A stretch of DNA of 64,000 bases, taken from IMG/VR virus record IMGVR_UViG_3300026549_001031; one strand, 5' to 3'. Both the position numbers and the translations under genes were made by a program. This document shows, one piece after another, positions 1-9,998 of this stretch; the stretch's first letter is position 1, and each line of letters begins with the position of its first letter. The stretch is from a virus. Its lineage: Duplodnaviria; Heunggongvirae; Uroviricota; Caudoviricetes. Below the pieces are notes generated by a model that saw only the letters and a program-made list of their open reading frames with translations, had not been told where the DNA came from and did no database searches.

Positions 1-1406
1 GCAAACAGGGTTCCCTTTATACGAACATCAAAGGAAAGAATGACTACAACAATGTGTTTAGTGTTGCAATGAACAACAGCGCAGTCGAGAAAGCCCTGAA
101 CACGAATAAGAATTTCATAGCAAATGCAGCCTGCAACAGCTATACCGATCTGGATATAGACGATGAGGAAAAGTGTGTGAACATGGCATTGAATGCATAC
201 TTCAATCTGTTGCCTGATGGTACAGAGGCAAATGCAGATGCATCATTGACAAGGGCACAGTTCATGGCTATGGTCATGAGGGCAGATACCCCTGTGACAG
301 AGATTCAGACAGATACTGCATTTGAGAAATCAGTTGGACAGTCAGAATATAACAGGTACGCGCAGAGTGTGAACAAGGACAGCTATCTTACTTTGAATAA
401 CCAGTTGTACAATAGCAGTATGACACGGGCAGAAGCTGTTTATACCATAGTAAGCAGATATTATGCAGACAGCTTAAAAAATGCAAGCAGTTCAGCAAGT
501 TGTTATACAGATGCAAAGGATGGTGGAGCTGTAGCGAAATCAGATCGTGCATCAGCCTTGAATAACAGTATTTCAAATCCAGACAGTGGGATGGACAGGG
601 AGCTCTATAAGAGTTTATGTGTTGCAAAGGAAAAGAATCTGCTGACAAGTGCAAGGAGCAGGTGGGATGAAGCGATCACTAAGAATGAAGCGATTGCATT
701 GTTAAGATCAGTTTATACCCATAAGTTAGTAGAGTGTAATGCGAAAGGAGCACTTCTAACCTCATCCTCAACATCAACAAATAAAACCACAACAGTTAAA
801 AAAACAACAGCAAAAAAGAAAAAATATATCACAGTAAAGAAATATAAAAAGAGCAAGAAATTGTATGTGAAGGTAAGTTCAGCGAAAGCATATAAGAATC
901 CTGACACTACAAAGGGAAAGCTGGTAGTTACAAAGAAGTATAAGAAAGCTACAAAGTTAACAGTTACAGGTACAACAAAATACAAAGGAAAGTCATATTA
1001 TGTTGTGAAATCAGGTAAAAATGTTTATTTAGTACAGCAGAGTTTATTAAGCAAGACCAAACCAAAGACAGCAAAGCCAAGCAGCAACAAGCCTTCAACA
1101 AAACCGAGCAGCAACAGCAGCAGTAGCAAACCGAGCAATACAGATAGTGGTAATAGTACGGCTACTTTTGATCCTAATGGAGGTTGGGATGATTTTATCA
1201 GATGCAAAATGCCTGGAGTAAAACCTCATCATGGAGACAAATGCGTTGGTTATAAAATGGTCAATGGTAAAAAGAAGAACATCTATTATAATAAAAAAGA
1301 TAATCACTGCTATTACATTGATGTAAATGGAACAGAGAGTATAGTAATGCATAAGGATGCATTTAAGTACATTGATCTCGATGATGATGGACCTGATTTT
1401 AAGTAA
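1..1406 (+). CDS. Surface protein with SLH-like motifs and Lys/Ser-rich C-terminal region (5' end runs off the window)
   Basis: The frame is open from position 3. Three SLH-like motifs (LTRAQFMAMVMRA, MTRAEAVYTI, ITKNEAIALL), T/K-rich and S/P-rich linkers, and an SH3b-like segment. Confidence 0.6.
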   Translation, partial: KQGSLYTNIKGKNDYNNVFSVAMNNSAVEKALNTNKNFIANAACNSYTDLDIDDEEKCVNMALNAYFNLLPDGTEANADASLTRAQFMAMVMRADTPVTEIQTDTAFEKSVGQSEYNRYAQSVNKDSYLTLNNQLYNSSMTRAEAVYTIVSRYYADSLKNASSSASCYTDAKDGGAVAKSDRASALNNSISNPDSGMDRELYKSLCVAKEKNLLTSARSRWDEAITKNEAIALLRSVYTHKLVECNAKGALLTSSSTSTNKTTTVKKTTAKKKKYITVKKYKKSKKLYVKVSSAKAYKNPDTTKGKLVVTKKYKKATKLTVTGTTKYKGKSYYVVKSGKNVYLVQQSLLSKTKPKTAKPSSNKPSTKPSSNSSSSKPSNTDSGNSTATFDPNGGWDDFIRCKMPGVKPHHGDKCVGYKMVNGKKKNIYYNKKDNHCYYIDVNGTESIVMHKDAFKYIDLDDDGPDFK

Positions 1407-1476
1407 ATAGCAGCATTGAGCTGGTGGCTACTATTACCCTGTAGCATACCAATGCACTAAATTTAATTATCAAGCA

Positions 1477-1514
1477 AAGAATCCAGTTGTATAAGCAGCT
1501 GGATTCTTGTTTTT
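1477..1514 (+). terminator. Intrinsic terminator
   Basis: Stem AAGAATCCAGTTGT / GCAGCTGGATTCTT followed by a T-rich tail. Confidence 0.75.
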
Positions 1515-1577
1515 ACATAAAGCACTTACATTTCAGTATATAAAATAAAAAATATTTTTTATTAGATGAGCATTAGT

Positions 1578-1606
1578 TTGTAAAATAAGGGTTCACGCGT
1601 TATAAT
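1578..1606 (+). promoter_or_regulatory. Sigma-A-type promoter
   Basis: TTGTAA-17 nt-TATAAT upstream of the 1646 gene. Confidence 0.65.
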
Positions 1607-1645
1607 ATAGATAGAGGAAGATTGAATGGAAAGGAGCAGATATTT

Positions 1646-1882
1646 ATGTTAGAAATGAATAAAATCTATAAGTGGAATGAAGTAGTAAAAGCATATCCTG
1701 ATTTATGGGTTATCATTACAAATGTAAAGGAGCATGATGGAGAAATTGAATCATGTAAATTATTGGATGTTTGTTCTAAAGAAAATAAAAGTGACTATAT
1801 AAGAAAATATATGGCATCAAATATAGAATTTGAATGCCGGCGAACAACATTTAATGCTCCGAATATAGGTATGTTAGCATGA
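1646..1882 (+). CDS. Small DUF5678-like protein, coupled to the downstream protease-like gene
   Basis: AAGGAG RBS before the ATG at 1646. WNEVVKAYPDLWVII resembles the DUF5678 YPxxWV signature. ATGA overlap with the next gene. Confidence 0.5.
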   Translation: MLEMNKIYKWNEVVKAYPDLWVIITNVKEHDGEIESCKLLDVCSKENKSDYIRKYMASNIEFECRRTTFNAPNIGMLA

Positions 1883-2433
1883 TAAATTTGAAATTTAATT
1901 TACAGAGATTAAAAAATACATATGGATTAACGATAATCAGCAACAGACACAAGAATACAAAAATTGGATGCTTGTTGGATACTGGAGCAAACGTGCCAGT
2001 ATGGTGTGCAGGAGAGGAAAGCTTAAAATCATACTATCATAACTGTCATAAGCAAGACGCAGTATTCTTGCTCAGAGGGTTTGGTAGAGGGTATGAGATC
2101 GCGAAAGTGTATATAATTCCAGATTTCATCTTGTCAGATGGTAAAGAGGAAATACATTATAATAACTTAATAGTAGCAGTGGTAGAGAGAGATTTTTCAT
2201 TTAACATGATATTAAGCTACACAATGTTTAATAAAATGAATATAAGTATTGATACATTTACAAATAGAAATGGGACACATAATGTAGCACCAAATTTGAG
2301 GATATCATCAGTAAAAGATACATATATGGTCAGATATAAATTAGCAGACCTATCAAATTTTAATAAACAAACAATTTGTCAAAAGTGTGGGACAGAGAGG
2401 ATACTAGATAGCATTTATGTATTCAATCAATAG
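1879..2433 (+). CDS. Retropepsin-like (clan AA) aspartyl protease-fold protein
   Basis: CLLDTGANVPVW (DTG motif), flap-like LRGFG, and MILSY at the usual ILG position. Confidence 0.6.
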   Translation: MINLKFNLQRLKNTYGLTIISNRHKNTKIGCLLDTGANVPVWCAGEESLKSYYHNCHKQDAVFLLRGFGRGYEIAKVYIIPDFILSDGKEEIHYNNLIVAVVERDFSFNMILSYTMFNKMNISIDTFTNRNGTHNVAPNLRISSVKDTYMVRYKLADLSNFNKQTICQKCGTERILDSIYVFNQ

Positions 2434-2463
2434 TAGAGGGAGAATAAAATACATCAAAGGTAT

Positions 2464-2497
2464 AAAAGTCAGCATCAGTAAAAAGGTGCTGGCTTTT
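2464..2497 (+). terminator. Intrinsic terminator
   Basis: Stem AAAAGTCAGCATC / GGTGCTGGCTTTT. Confidence 0.7.
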
Positions 2498-2579
2498 ATA
2501 ATTTCCAATCATGCATAAAAAGCTACATTTCCATATAGTAAGTATAATTTTTATTTTTTAATTAAAGGAGAGAAAAAAG

Positions 2580-2915
2580 ATGAGAGAGTGTACATATTGC
2601 AAGAGTCCTATTGTGAAAACAAAGAGCAATCCTGAACAGAAATGTGCGTATAAATTATGTGATGGGTTTGGGTTTAATCGCATTGATGGAGATGGAGTAC
2701 CATATTCACCAGGCACTACAAATGAAAGCCTTACAAAATTTACAGGTATGTGTACATACATTGAGGAACTTGGCAATGTAATAGAGGCAGTGAACATAGT
2801 GGATGGTGATAAGCTATTGTGCATAGGAACATGTTACCCTTGTCAATTAGTATTAACATTGGATGAATTTTTACAGGCAGTATTAACACAACACTTGGAC
2901 TTACCAAAGGAATAA
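2580..2915 (+). CDS. Small Cys-rich hypothetical protein
   Basis: AAGGAG RBS; CxxC pairs (CTYC, CYPC). Confidence 0.6.
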   Translation: MRECTYCKSPIVKTKSNPEQKCAYKLCDGFGFNRIDGDGVPYSPGTTNESLTKFTGMCTYIEELGNVIEAVNIVDGDKLLCIGTCYPCQLVLTLDEFLQAVLTQHLDLPKE

Positions 2916-2953
2916 TAAAAGCATTTTATTAAAAGGAAAGAAAGGACAAAGAC

Positions 2954-4228
2954 ATGGATATTGCAGGATCACTTTATCCTACAGGTAGGATTGGTACTAC
3001 AAATTATATATTAACACCAGAGAATATCGTGAATGACATGATCAACATGCTTCCTGATGATTTCTGGACACCAGATGTTAAGGTGTTAGACATTTTCTCT
3101 AAATCTGGTAGATTTTTAATGGCTGCATACAAGAAATTGTTTAACTCACCATACCTTGCAGATATGGACATTGCAAAGAGAAAGCATCATATTCTGAATG
3201 AACAACTTTATGGTATAACAGATGATTTCACATGTTTAATGCTTGCAGAGAGTTCTTTATATGGCTACGCGCAATATGGAAAAAAGAACATCAGAATGAT
3301 TGAAGATCTACAATCAATTGTAAAGACAACAGACAAGAAATTAGTTGCAGAGAGACTAGGAAAGGAACTGGGCGGACAGATGAAATTTGATTTGGTCATT
3401 GGCAATCCTCCATACAACAAAGGAGCAGACATAGATTTTGTATTTTTAGGTTGTGAGTTAAGCAGTAAATATGTTTGTATGATTACACCTGCAAAATGGC
3501 AGACAGCAGAAGCAACACAAGGAATTTCAAGTAAGCATAGTTATGGAGATTTCAGAAAAGAGATTGTACCTCATATAAAGGAATTATGCTTTTATTCTTG
3601 TTGCAAGGATGTGTTTGACATTTATCAAACAGATGGAATCACTTATTTTTTAGTAGATAAGGATACAAAATATGATATGACACGCATTGTCAATAAATGT
3701 CACGACATAGAAGTGTTTAATGGGGAACAATGTAGAAGCATATTAAAAGAAGAAAGTCTACTTAATATAGGGCAGGAGATAATAGAGTCATTGGGAGAGT
3801 ATAAAGCATTTCAGTTCCCATATATAACAGGAAATAAGCAGTATGAAATATGGATGAACACTAAAGTGTCTGGCTATGACTGGTATTCAACACAACGTCC
3901 TCGTTATGTTTTAAGTACCTCACGACTTATTGACAACTCAAAAAATGAGTCATACAGCGGTGAAGCAAAATGCATTTTCGAGTCAGACAGTTTAGATGAA
4001 TGTAAATCATTTGTATCTTGGATATACAGTAGGTTTACAAGATTCTTCTTGGTTCCGAATATAAGTAAGCTTACCAATATTCAAACAGATCATTGTTTCC
4101 GGTTTGTTCCTGCTCCTCCCTCAGGTAAATTCGATCATATTTACACGGATGAGGAACTGTATAAAGAGTTTAAATTACCACAGGAATACATAGATGTCAT
4201 TGAATCAGTTATAAAGGAGCGTAAGTAA
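2954..4228 (+). CDS. Orphan N6-adenine DNA methyltransferase (Eco57I-like, gamma motif order)
   Basis: TP motif X, variant motif I LDIFSKSGRFL, motif IV VIGNPPY, MITPAKW, and a C-terminal TDEELYKEF..YIDVIE tail typical of Eco57I-type MTases. No nuclease domain or adjacent REase is visible. Confidence 0.85.
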   Translation: MDIAGSLYPTGRIGTTNYILTPENIVNDMINMLPDDFWTPDVKVLDIFSKSGRFLMAAYKKLFNSPYLADMDIAKRKHHILNEQLYGITDDFTCLMLAESSLYGYAQYGKKNIRMIEDLQSIVKTTDKKLVAERLGKELGGQMKFDLVIGNPPYNKGADIDFVFLGCELSSKYVCMITPAKWQTAEATQGISSKHSYGDFRKEIVPHIKELCFYSCCKDVFDIYQTDGITYFLVDKDTKYDMTRIVNKCHDIEVFNGEQCRSILKEESLLNIGQEIIESLGEYKAFQFPYITGNKQYEIWMNTKVSGYDWYSTQRPRYVLSTSRLIDNSKNESYSGEAKCIFESDSLDECKSFVSWIYSRFTRFFLVPNISKLTNIQTDHCFRFVPAPPSGKFDHIYTDEELYKEFKLPQEYIDVIESVIKERK

Positions 4229-4234
4229 AGAAAG

Positions 4235-4263
4235 AGCCAGCACCTATAGAAAAAGTGCTGGCT
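4235..4263. terminator. Bidirectional terminator between convergent genes
   Basis: Stem AGCCAGCAC / GTGCTGGCT between the stops at 4228 (+) and 4274 (-). Confidence 0.65.
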
Positions 4264-4273
4264 TATTTCCTGT

Positions 4274-4570
4274 TTATTTTGCAGGTTCCGGTTCAAGGAA
4301 TGCATAGATATACTTTTGTCTACATTTATATTCTGGTGGTTTACGAGTAAGTTTTCTGCGTAAAGTAAAGTTTTTACCTCTGAAGTAATTACAAATGCAT
4401 GTGCGTATGTAATGATGAAAGTCATCTGGTGTCTTACCAAAATCATCTTCTACATTATCATCAACAATAGCATAAATTTCTTGAATGTCATAAAATCTGT
4501 TTGGACTTACAGGGAATAAATCCGTGTTGCGTAAAACCTCATTAATAGCTGCGGTAATACCTGTATGCAT
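4274..4570 (-). CDS. Hypothetical protein; the only credible minus-strand gene
   Basis: Strong AAAGGAGGAG RBS and TATAAT upstream on the minus strand; does not overlap a + gene. Confidence 0.75.
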   Translation of the reverse strand: MHTGITAAINEVLRNTDLFPVSPNRFYDIQEIYAIVDDNVEDDFGKTPDDFHHYIRTCICNYFRGKNFTLRRKLTRKPPEYKCRQKYIYAFLEPEPAK

Positions 4571-4751
4571 ATCAACAACTCCTCCTTTGTAATTATATGA
4601 CTATTATACTACAAACAAGCATAAATGCTAGTGCAAATACACTATGAATAGAAAACTGCATTTCTAATAAACCAATGAACAAAAGAAATTGCATTAGAAT
4701 TATATAAAATAAAAATTATTTTTATTAAAAGATTAGGGAGGAAGAGCAGTC

Positions 4752-5459
4752 ATGAAGAGAAAGAAGCTTGTAATTTCAGTAGTGATAGCAGTAATAATTA
4801 TGGTATTAATCCTAATTGGTTTATCACACAGAGGACAGAATAAAGGAACAGATGCGAGTGAGTATACGAACACCATAAAGGATAGTAGTACAGAATCCTC
4901 AGCAGCATCAGCAGATAAAACTGCTAAATTGACACAGGAGTATACAGCAGAGGCAGAGAAATTGTGGGACAAGACACATGAGGAAATGGAGTATACATGT
5001 ACAAAGGATGAGTTTGTTGAGAACTATGTGGCATATAGACTTGATGGGGATACACCAGAGTCAGCAGAGCAGAACTTAAAGGATGTTTATAGTAAAGATT
5101 CAAAAGTAGGTGTAGACGATAATGGAGATGTTTATGTGCAGTTAACAGACGAAGAAGCCAGTGAAGTTGAGGAACAGCAGAAAGAGGATGAAAAGAATAC
5201 ATCAGTAGTTTCAGATATAAGAACAGATGAAGAAAAAGCTGCATCAAATGATGAGGAAAAGATCAAGCAATATGAAAAAGAGAACACTGATAAGAGGGCT
5301 GGTACATATACAGATGCAGATGGAGTAAAGCATAATCAGTTTATTGATGATGATGGGCGTCATTACTATTTAGACATCAATGGTTCAAAGATAATAACAG
5401 ACACAATTGAGAGTGAAGAGGACTTTTATGACTTTTTAGATGAAATAGACCATGAGTAA
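4752..5459 (+). CDS. Membrane-anchored acidic extracellular protein
   Basis: GGAGG RBS, N-terminal KRKK plus hydrophobic helix. Confidence 0.75.
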   Translation: MKRKKLVISVVIAVIIMVLILIGLSHRGQNKGTDASEYTNTIKDSSTESSAASADKTAKLTQEYTAEAEKLWDKTHEEMEYTCTKDEFVENYVAYRLDGDTPESAEQNLKDVYSKDSKVGVDDNGDVYVQLTDEEASEVEEQQKEDEKNTSVVSDIRTDEEKAASNDEEKIKQYEKENTDKRAGTYTDADGVKHNQFIDDDGRHYYLDINGSKIITDTIESEEDFYDFLDEIDHE

Positions 5460-8400
5460 GGAGGGCAGTGATAAAATGAAATGGATAAAAAGAGTTTTAT
5501 GTTTAACACTTGCATTTGCAATGATAATCACAGCATTGCCAACTGCCAGCATAACAGAGACAGTTTATGCAAAAGAAAATAGTAATGGTACTGGTGGTGG
5601 TACACAAGGAGCAGGTGGAAACCTACATGGTGGACCAACAGAGAGCAAACAGGGTTACAGAATATACATTATGACAAAAAGTAAAAAGACATTATCAACA
5701 GTTTACGACTGCTATTTTGGGTATAATTCTGTTAGTGTTGGTCATTATGAGAGAGATACAAGATTAGGCAGCAAAGATCAAAAAGGGGGCTTCAATATTA
5801 CACCTCAAATACAAAAAATGTTTGGAGTACCTAAAGCATTTTATTATTCTGGTGGTAGCTTTCATGGTAATGGAGTTGCATTTAAGAAATGGGCAGCTAA
5901 TCATCCTAAGAAAAAAAACGGGGAAAAAGCTAAACATAACAATATTTATTATTTTGTTCAATATGTAATTGGAAAAGAGGCTTATGATAAAGCAGAGAAT
6001 GCAGCGGGAGATGAAGCTCTGTATGTAGTAGTAGAACCTTTAGCCTGGCATTCAGTTTTGCCTAATAGAGCAAGCAAATTAAATGGTCAGACAATTCTTG
6101 CTACAGGGTATGAGTATTTGAATTTTAATGCTGAACATGGTTTTGGTTCTAATACATATACAAAGATTCTGGACAACTTCATTTTACAGTACTGCATGGT
6201 ATTAAAGAGAAATGAATTAGGTTTAACAAAGGTAGACACACATAAAAAGAATTTACCATATGTAACTAAAAGTGGCTTAGGAAAGAAAGGTTTATCATTA
6301 CATTTATATTCACTTACTCCTGAAAAGGATGCAATAGATAGCACCTGTACATATGATGAAAATTACGATAGTCATTATAAACCTGAAAAGGCACCTAATA
6401 AGGTAACAGGAACAGCAGATGAAAAGGAGAAAAAGAAAGAGGCATACAAGGTTACAATAGTAAAGACATACCGAGTTAAGAAGATCAACTTGGATGGAGA
6501 TGTGAAATACATTGATAAAGGAACATTTGTTAGAAAGTATAATCCTTCTACAATAGACATAGAAAATGAGCCAAAGACAAAGATTCAGTATCATGTCATA
6601 GGCTATCAAACAACAGACAAGGTCAAAAAGTCTATTGATGCCTTAAAGTGGAAATCAATCATGAAGAATAAGAAACTGGTTGGTAATGCTACAAAATCTG
6701 CAACAGTGAAACCTAATAATGATGCAGTGGTTACAACAGTGACACTACATAAGAAAGTAGAGAAACAGAAGAACAAGAAAACTGGTAAAACAGAAACCGT
6801 TAAGCAGAAACATGATGAGACAGTACTTTATGTGTTGTTACAGAAAGAGGAAAAAGAGAAGCCTATTTCTGGAGATTATACATTAAAGCAGTCACAGATT
6901 TCTAAGAAAGTAGACTTATATCAAACTGAAAAGGGCAAGAATATATTAAAGAATCACTCATTTGTATGGGATTCAAGTGCATTAAATGATGCATGTGGTG
7001 GTCATACTTATTTCTGTGGTGGTAAATACTGTAGCGGTCATATTCGTCATTGTAGCTGGTCATTGGCTGATACAAGTTTAAACTTGGCAATTATGAATGC
7101 ACGTTATAGGGCTGATGAATACAAGTACAATATAGCTTATAAGGCATGGGATGATGAATGGGAAGATACATTAGTTAGTGGTAATCGTAGAACTTTGAGT
7201 TCATACTCGTTTAATTCACAAAACCTTAGCAATATAGATGGTGGTACACATAGGTTTGAGCATTATTACCTTGTATTTCACAGAGGAAAAGATGCCTTGT
7301 GTTTAGCAAAGTGGAAAAATACAGCAGCTGGAATCAATACTGCATCTCTTGAAAAACTTGATTCATTCTATAGTGCTAATCAGTCAAAGGGGTTAAGAAG
7401 AAAGGTTGATTTCAAAGGAAGGATATCAGCTAAGTTTATTGACAACAGTGATGATATTTACACTTCATCAAGTGGTTCAGAAGGATGCAGTGATAGTGAT
7501 GTGGCTGATTCACCTATTCCTTTCATAGCAGGCATTGAAATTGCTTACTTGACATTTTCAGGAAGTAGAAGTGGTGGAAGTTCTAACAATGACATTGAGG
7601 ATGAGACAATGACAAATCCTGGTGTTCATAGTGGTACACATGATGGAATTACTTACGGCAGTAATACAGTAAGTACAGCAACTATGGCAAAGAGTGGTCT
7701 TAAGTTTAGTTTCTTCCCTTACATCAGAATGAGATATGACAGTATGGGTGCTAAGGACAAAGAGGTTTATGTACTTGGTGAATATGCAAGATCATTGAAT
7801 TTCAATTCAGCTTGTCAGGTAATTTGGGATAAGACAGCTAAACCTAACATGACACTTGAAAGTTTACAGTGGTCAACACATTCACAAGCTCTGAAAAATC
7901 ATGAAGTAAATAGTGTACTGCCTGGTGGTGCAACATTTACATTAAGGGTTTTGAGTAGTAGCAAGAAAGCAAAGAATAACAGACAGACAATAACAGTTAA
8001 GACATATCAACCTGTACTTGAGGGAGATGGTTTAACACAGGTTAAGAATACAACCTTAACAAATGGTTTGGACTACAGCAAGTTTACTAGAAGCGCAGCA
8101 GAGAAAAATGATGAAAAGACCACTAAGAATATAGTAGATGCTTTGAATCAATTAAAGGTTGCACAGTGGCAGAACAGGAAAGACAACAGTGATCCTTTCA
8201 AGGGTATCTTGGTAGACAGTGGAACAGACATAAGTAGTTTAGCTACAGGCAGTAAACATGCTAGTACAGCTAAGAAATACTATTTCAAGGCAGCTAAGGG
8301 TAAGGGATTTATCAATGCTCATATAGTTAGTACATCAGAACAGTTCTATACTTTCACAGCTGATTATAAGGGCAACATCAAGATGAATGGAACTACAATT

Positions 8401-8895
8401 TTGACAAAAGGTCAGGGCAAGAGTTATATTAAGAAGCTTAAAAATGAACCTAATGACTCACCTAAGAAAATAGCTTTGGACATCAATGAAAAGACCTTGG
8501 TACTTGAGAAGTTGTGTGATGCACTTGAGAGAAATAGAGGTTACGATGATGATGCTGCTTGGGCAGGTAGTGATGGTAAGTGGTACAATGAAGCATTTGA
8601 TGGTATCACTTATGAAGAGATAACTACAAAGATTGAGACAGGTATGATTGAGCCAACAGAGAGAAGTTCAGTATTAGACCCTAAGTTGTGTCCAATCAAC
8701 CAGGGTAAATCTGATTTCTTCAGTCACTTCCAGACAGCAGGAATTAAGATGAATAGCTATAGTGATATGTACTATAACATGGATAATATGTTAGGAACCT
8801 TTAATGGGAAAGACATTTATACAGAGGATCTTGACAAGCTGTATTATACAAGACCATTCTATGTACCGAATGTAAACGTTCAGGATTTGCACTAA
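5452..8895 (+). CDS. Large secreted/surface protein, adhesin-like (start 5452 or 5476)
   Basis: Signal peptide MKWIKRVLCLTLAFAMIITALP..VYA, Gly-rich N-terminus then GYRIY, Cys/His cluster, 1147 aa. Confidence 0.7.
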   Translation: MSKEGSDKMKWIKRVLCLTLAFAMIITALPTASITETVYAKENSNGTGGGTQGAGGNLHGGPTESKQGYRIYIMTKSKKTLSTVYDCYFGYNSVSVGHYERDTRLGSKDQKGGFNITPQIQKMFGVPKAFYYSGGSFHGNGVAFKKWAANHPKKKNGEKAKHNNIYYFVQYVIGKEAYDKAENAAGDEALYVVVEPLAWHSVLPNRASKLNGQTILATGYEYLNFNAEHGFGSNTYTKILDNFILQYCMVLKRNELGLTKVDTHKKNLPYVTKSGLGKKGLSLHLYSLTPEKDAIDSTCTYDENYDSHYKPEKAPNKVTGTADEKEKKKEAYKVTIVKTYRVKKINLDGDVKYIDKGTFVRKYNPSTIDIENEPKTKIQYHVIGYQTTDKVKKSIDALKWKSIMKNKKLVGNATKSATVKPNNDAVVTTVTLHKKVEKQKNKKTGKTETVKQKHDETVLYVLLQKEEKEKPISGDYTLKQSQISKKVDLYQTEKGKNILKNHSFVWDSSALNDACGGHTYFCGGKYCSGHIRHCSWSLADTSLNLAIMNARYRADEYKYNIAYKAWDDEWEDTLVSGNRRTLSSYSFNSQNLSNIDGGTHRFEHYYLVFHRGKDALCLAKWKNTAAGINTASLEKLDSFYSANQSKGLRRKVDFKGRISAKFIDNSDDIYTSSSGSEGCSDSDVADSPIPFIAGIEIAYLTFSGSRSGGSSNNDIEDETMTNPGVHSGTHDGITYGSNTVSTATMAKSGLKFSFFPYIRMRYDSMGAKDKEVYVLGEYARSLNFNSACQVIWDKTAKPNMTLESLQWSTHSQALKNHEVNSVLPGGATFTLRVLSSSKKAKNNRQTITVKTYQPVLEGDGLTQVKNTTLTNGLDYSKFTRSAAEKNDEKTTKNIVDALNQLKVAQWQNRKDNSDPFKGILVDSGTDISSLATGSKHASTAKKYYFKAAKGKGFINAHIVSTSEQFYTFTADYKGNIKMNGTTILTKGQGKSYIKKLKNEPNDSPKKIALDINEKTLVLEKLCDALERNRGYDDDAAWAGSDGKWYNEAFDGITYEEITTKIETGMIEPTERSSVLDPKLCPINQGKSDFFSHFQTAGIKMNSYSDMYYNMDNMLGTFNGKDIYTEDLDKLYYTRPFYVPNVNVQDLH

Positions 8896-8916
8896 TGCAT
8901 AGGAAAGAACAGTAAG

Positions 8917-8961
8917 AAAATAAGAGGCATGGGCTTTAGAGACCTGTGCCTCTTATTTTTT
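8917..8961 (+). terminator. Intrinsic terminator
   Basis: Long stem AAAATAAGAGGCATGGG / CCTGTGCCTCTTATTTT with T tail. Confidence 0.85.
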
Positions 8962-8998
8962 AGCACATACACAAGGAATAATAAGGTTTAGCATTAAC

Positions 8999-9027
8999 TT
9001 GTAAAAAGAGGTAAAATGTGATATAAT
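8999..9027 (+). promoter_or_regulatory. Sigma-A promoter with extended -10
   Basis: TTGTAA-17 nt-TATAAT, with TGn before the -10. Confidence 0.75.
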
Positions 9028-9041
9028 AAAAGAAAGAGAGG

Positions 9042-9998
9042 TTGGAGAGAAAGATGTATAATGGGTTTATCATTCAAGATAAAATGAAAAACAATAAGAA
9101 ATATGATGGCAACACCTCTAAATTTGGAATTACAGTGGATAAGGTGGATTACATTGTAAAGACAGCTAAAACAGAGATTTCTTCAGTATTCAGTGAACAT
9201 GTAGCATCTAGGTTTATAAGAGGAATAGGGATAGCATGTCATGAGACTTGGTTAGGCTGGTACAATAATGAACTTGCAGTGATATTAAAAGACTTTACAT
9301 CTGGAACTAATTTTCAGCTTAAGAGTTATAAAGATACAGAGCAGTCAAGTGAGAGTACAGATTTAAGTAATAAGATATACAGTTATGATGATGTATTAAG
9401 AATGATAGGTAAGCATACTAAAATGAGTGACCTTAATAAACAAAAAGCAATCATAAGATTTTGGGATATGTTTATATGTGATGCAATACTGGGAAACAGA
9501 GACAGACATCATGGAAATTGGGGGTACATTATAACTGATAAGGGATACATACCCGCACCCATATATGATAATGGAGGATCATTGTTTCCTGATATATCTA
9601 AGCGTATAAGAGAGTATGACAATGCAGTAGTAAATGGTAAAGAACTCATGTTTATTGCTGATAGGGCAGAGAAATTTCCTGCATCATTGTTTAGATTGAA
9701 GAGACAGGATGGAACTTCAAGAAGGACTAATTATAATGAGATTCTGTCAGACTTGAGAATGAATAAGACAATGGCTAGAGAAGTGAAAGCAGTAAGGGAG
9801 AAAGTAGGGTTTAATAGGGTTTATGAGACTATCATAAGAATAATGATAGATGCAAAGGACATAATACCTGCAGACTATAGGAGATTTTATGTAATGATAG
9901 TTTGTGTTAGGTACTTGCATCTAATTGAAAGAAAAGACATTAAAAATAGTTATAGAATAACATATAGGAGGTTGCAGAATGAAGTTAGGAATTGGTAG
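9042..9998 (+). CDS. HipA-family (HipA_C/CtkA-like) Ser/Thr kinase
   Basis: YDGNTSKF loop, YIVK, SEHVAS, catalytic DAILGNRDRHHGNWG, and PIYDNGGSL. Confidence 0.85.
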   Translation: MERKMYNGFIIQDKMKNNKKYDGNTSKFGITVDKVDYIVKTAKTEISSVFSEHVASRFIRGIGIACHETWLGWYNNELAVILKDFTSGTNFQLKSYKDTEQSSESTDLSNKIYSYDDVLRMIGKHTKMSDLNKQKAIIRFWDMFICDAILGNRDRHHGNWGYIITDKGYIPAPIYDNGGSLFPDISKRIREYDNAVVNGKELMFIADRAEKFPASLFRLKRQDGTSRRTNYNEILSDLRMNKTMAREVKAVREKVGFNRVYETIIRIMIDAKDIIPADYRRFYVMIVCVRYLHLIERKDIKNSYRITYRRLQNEVRNW

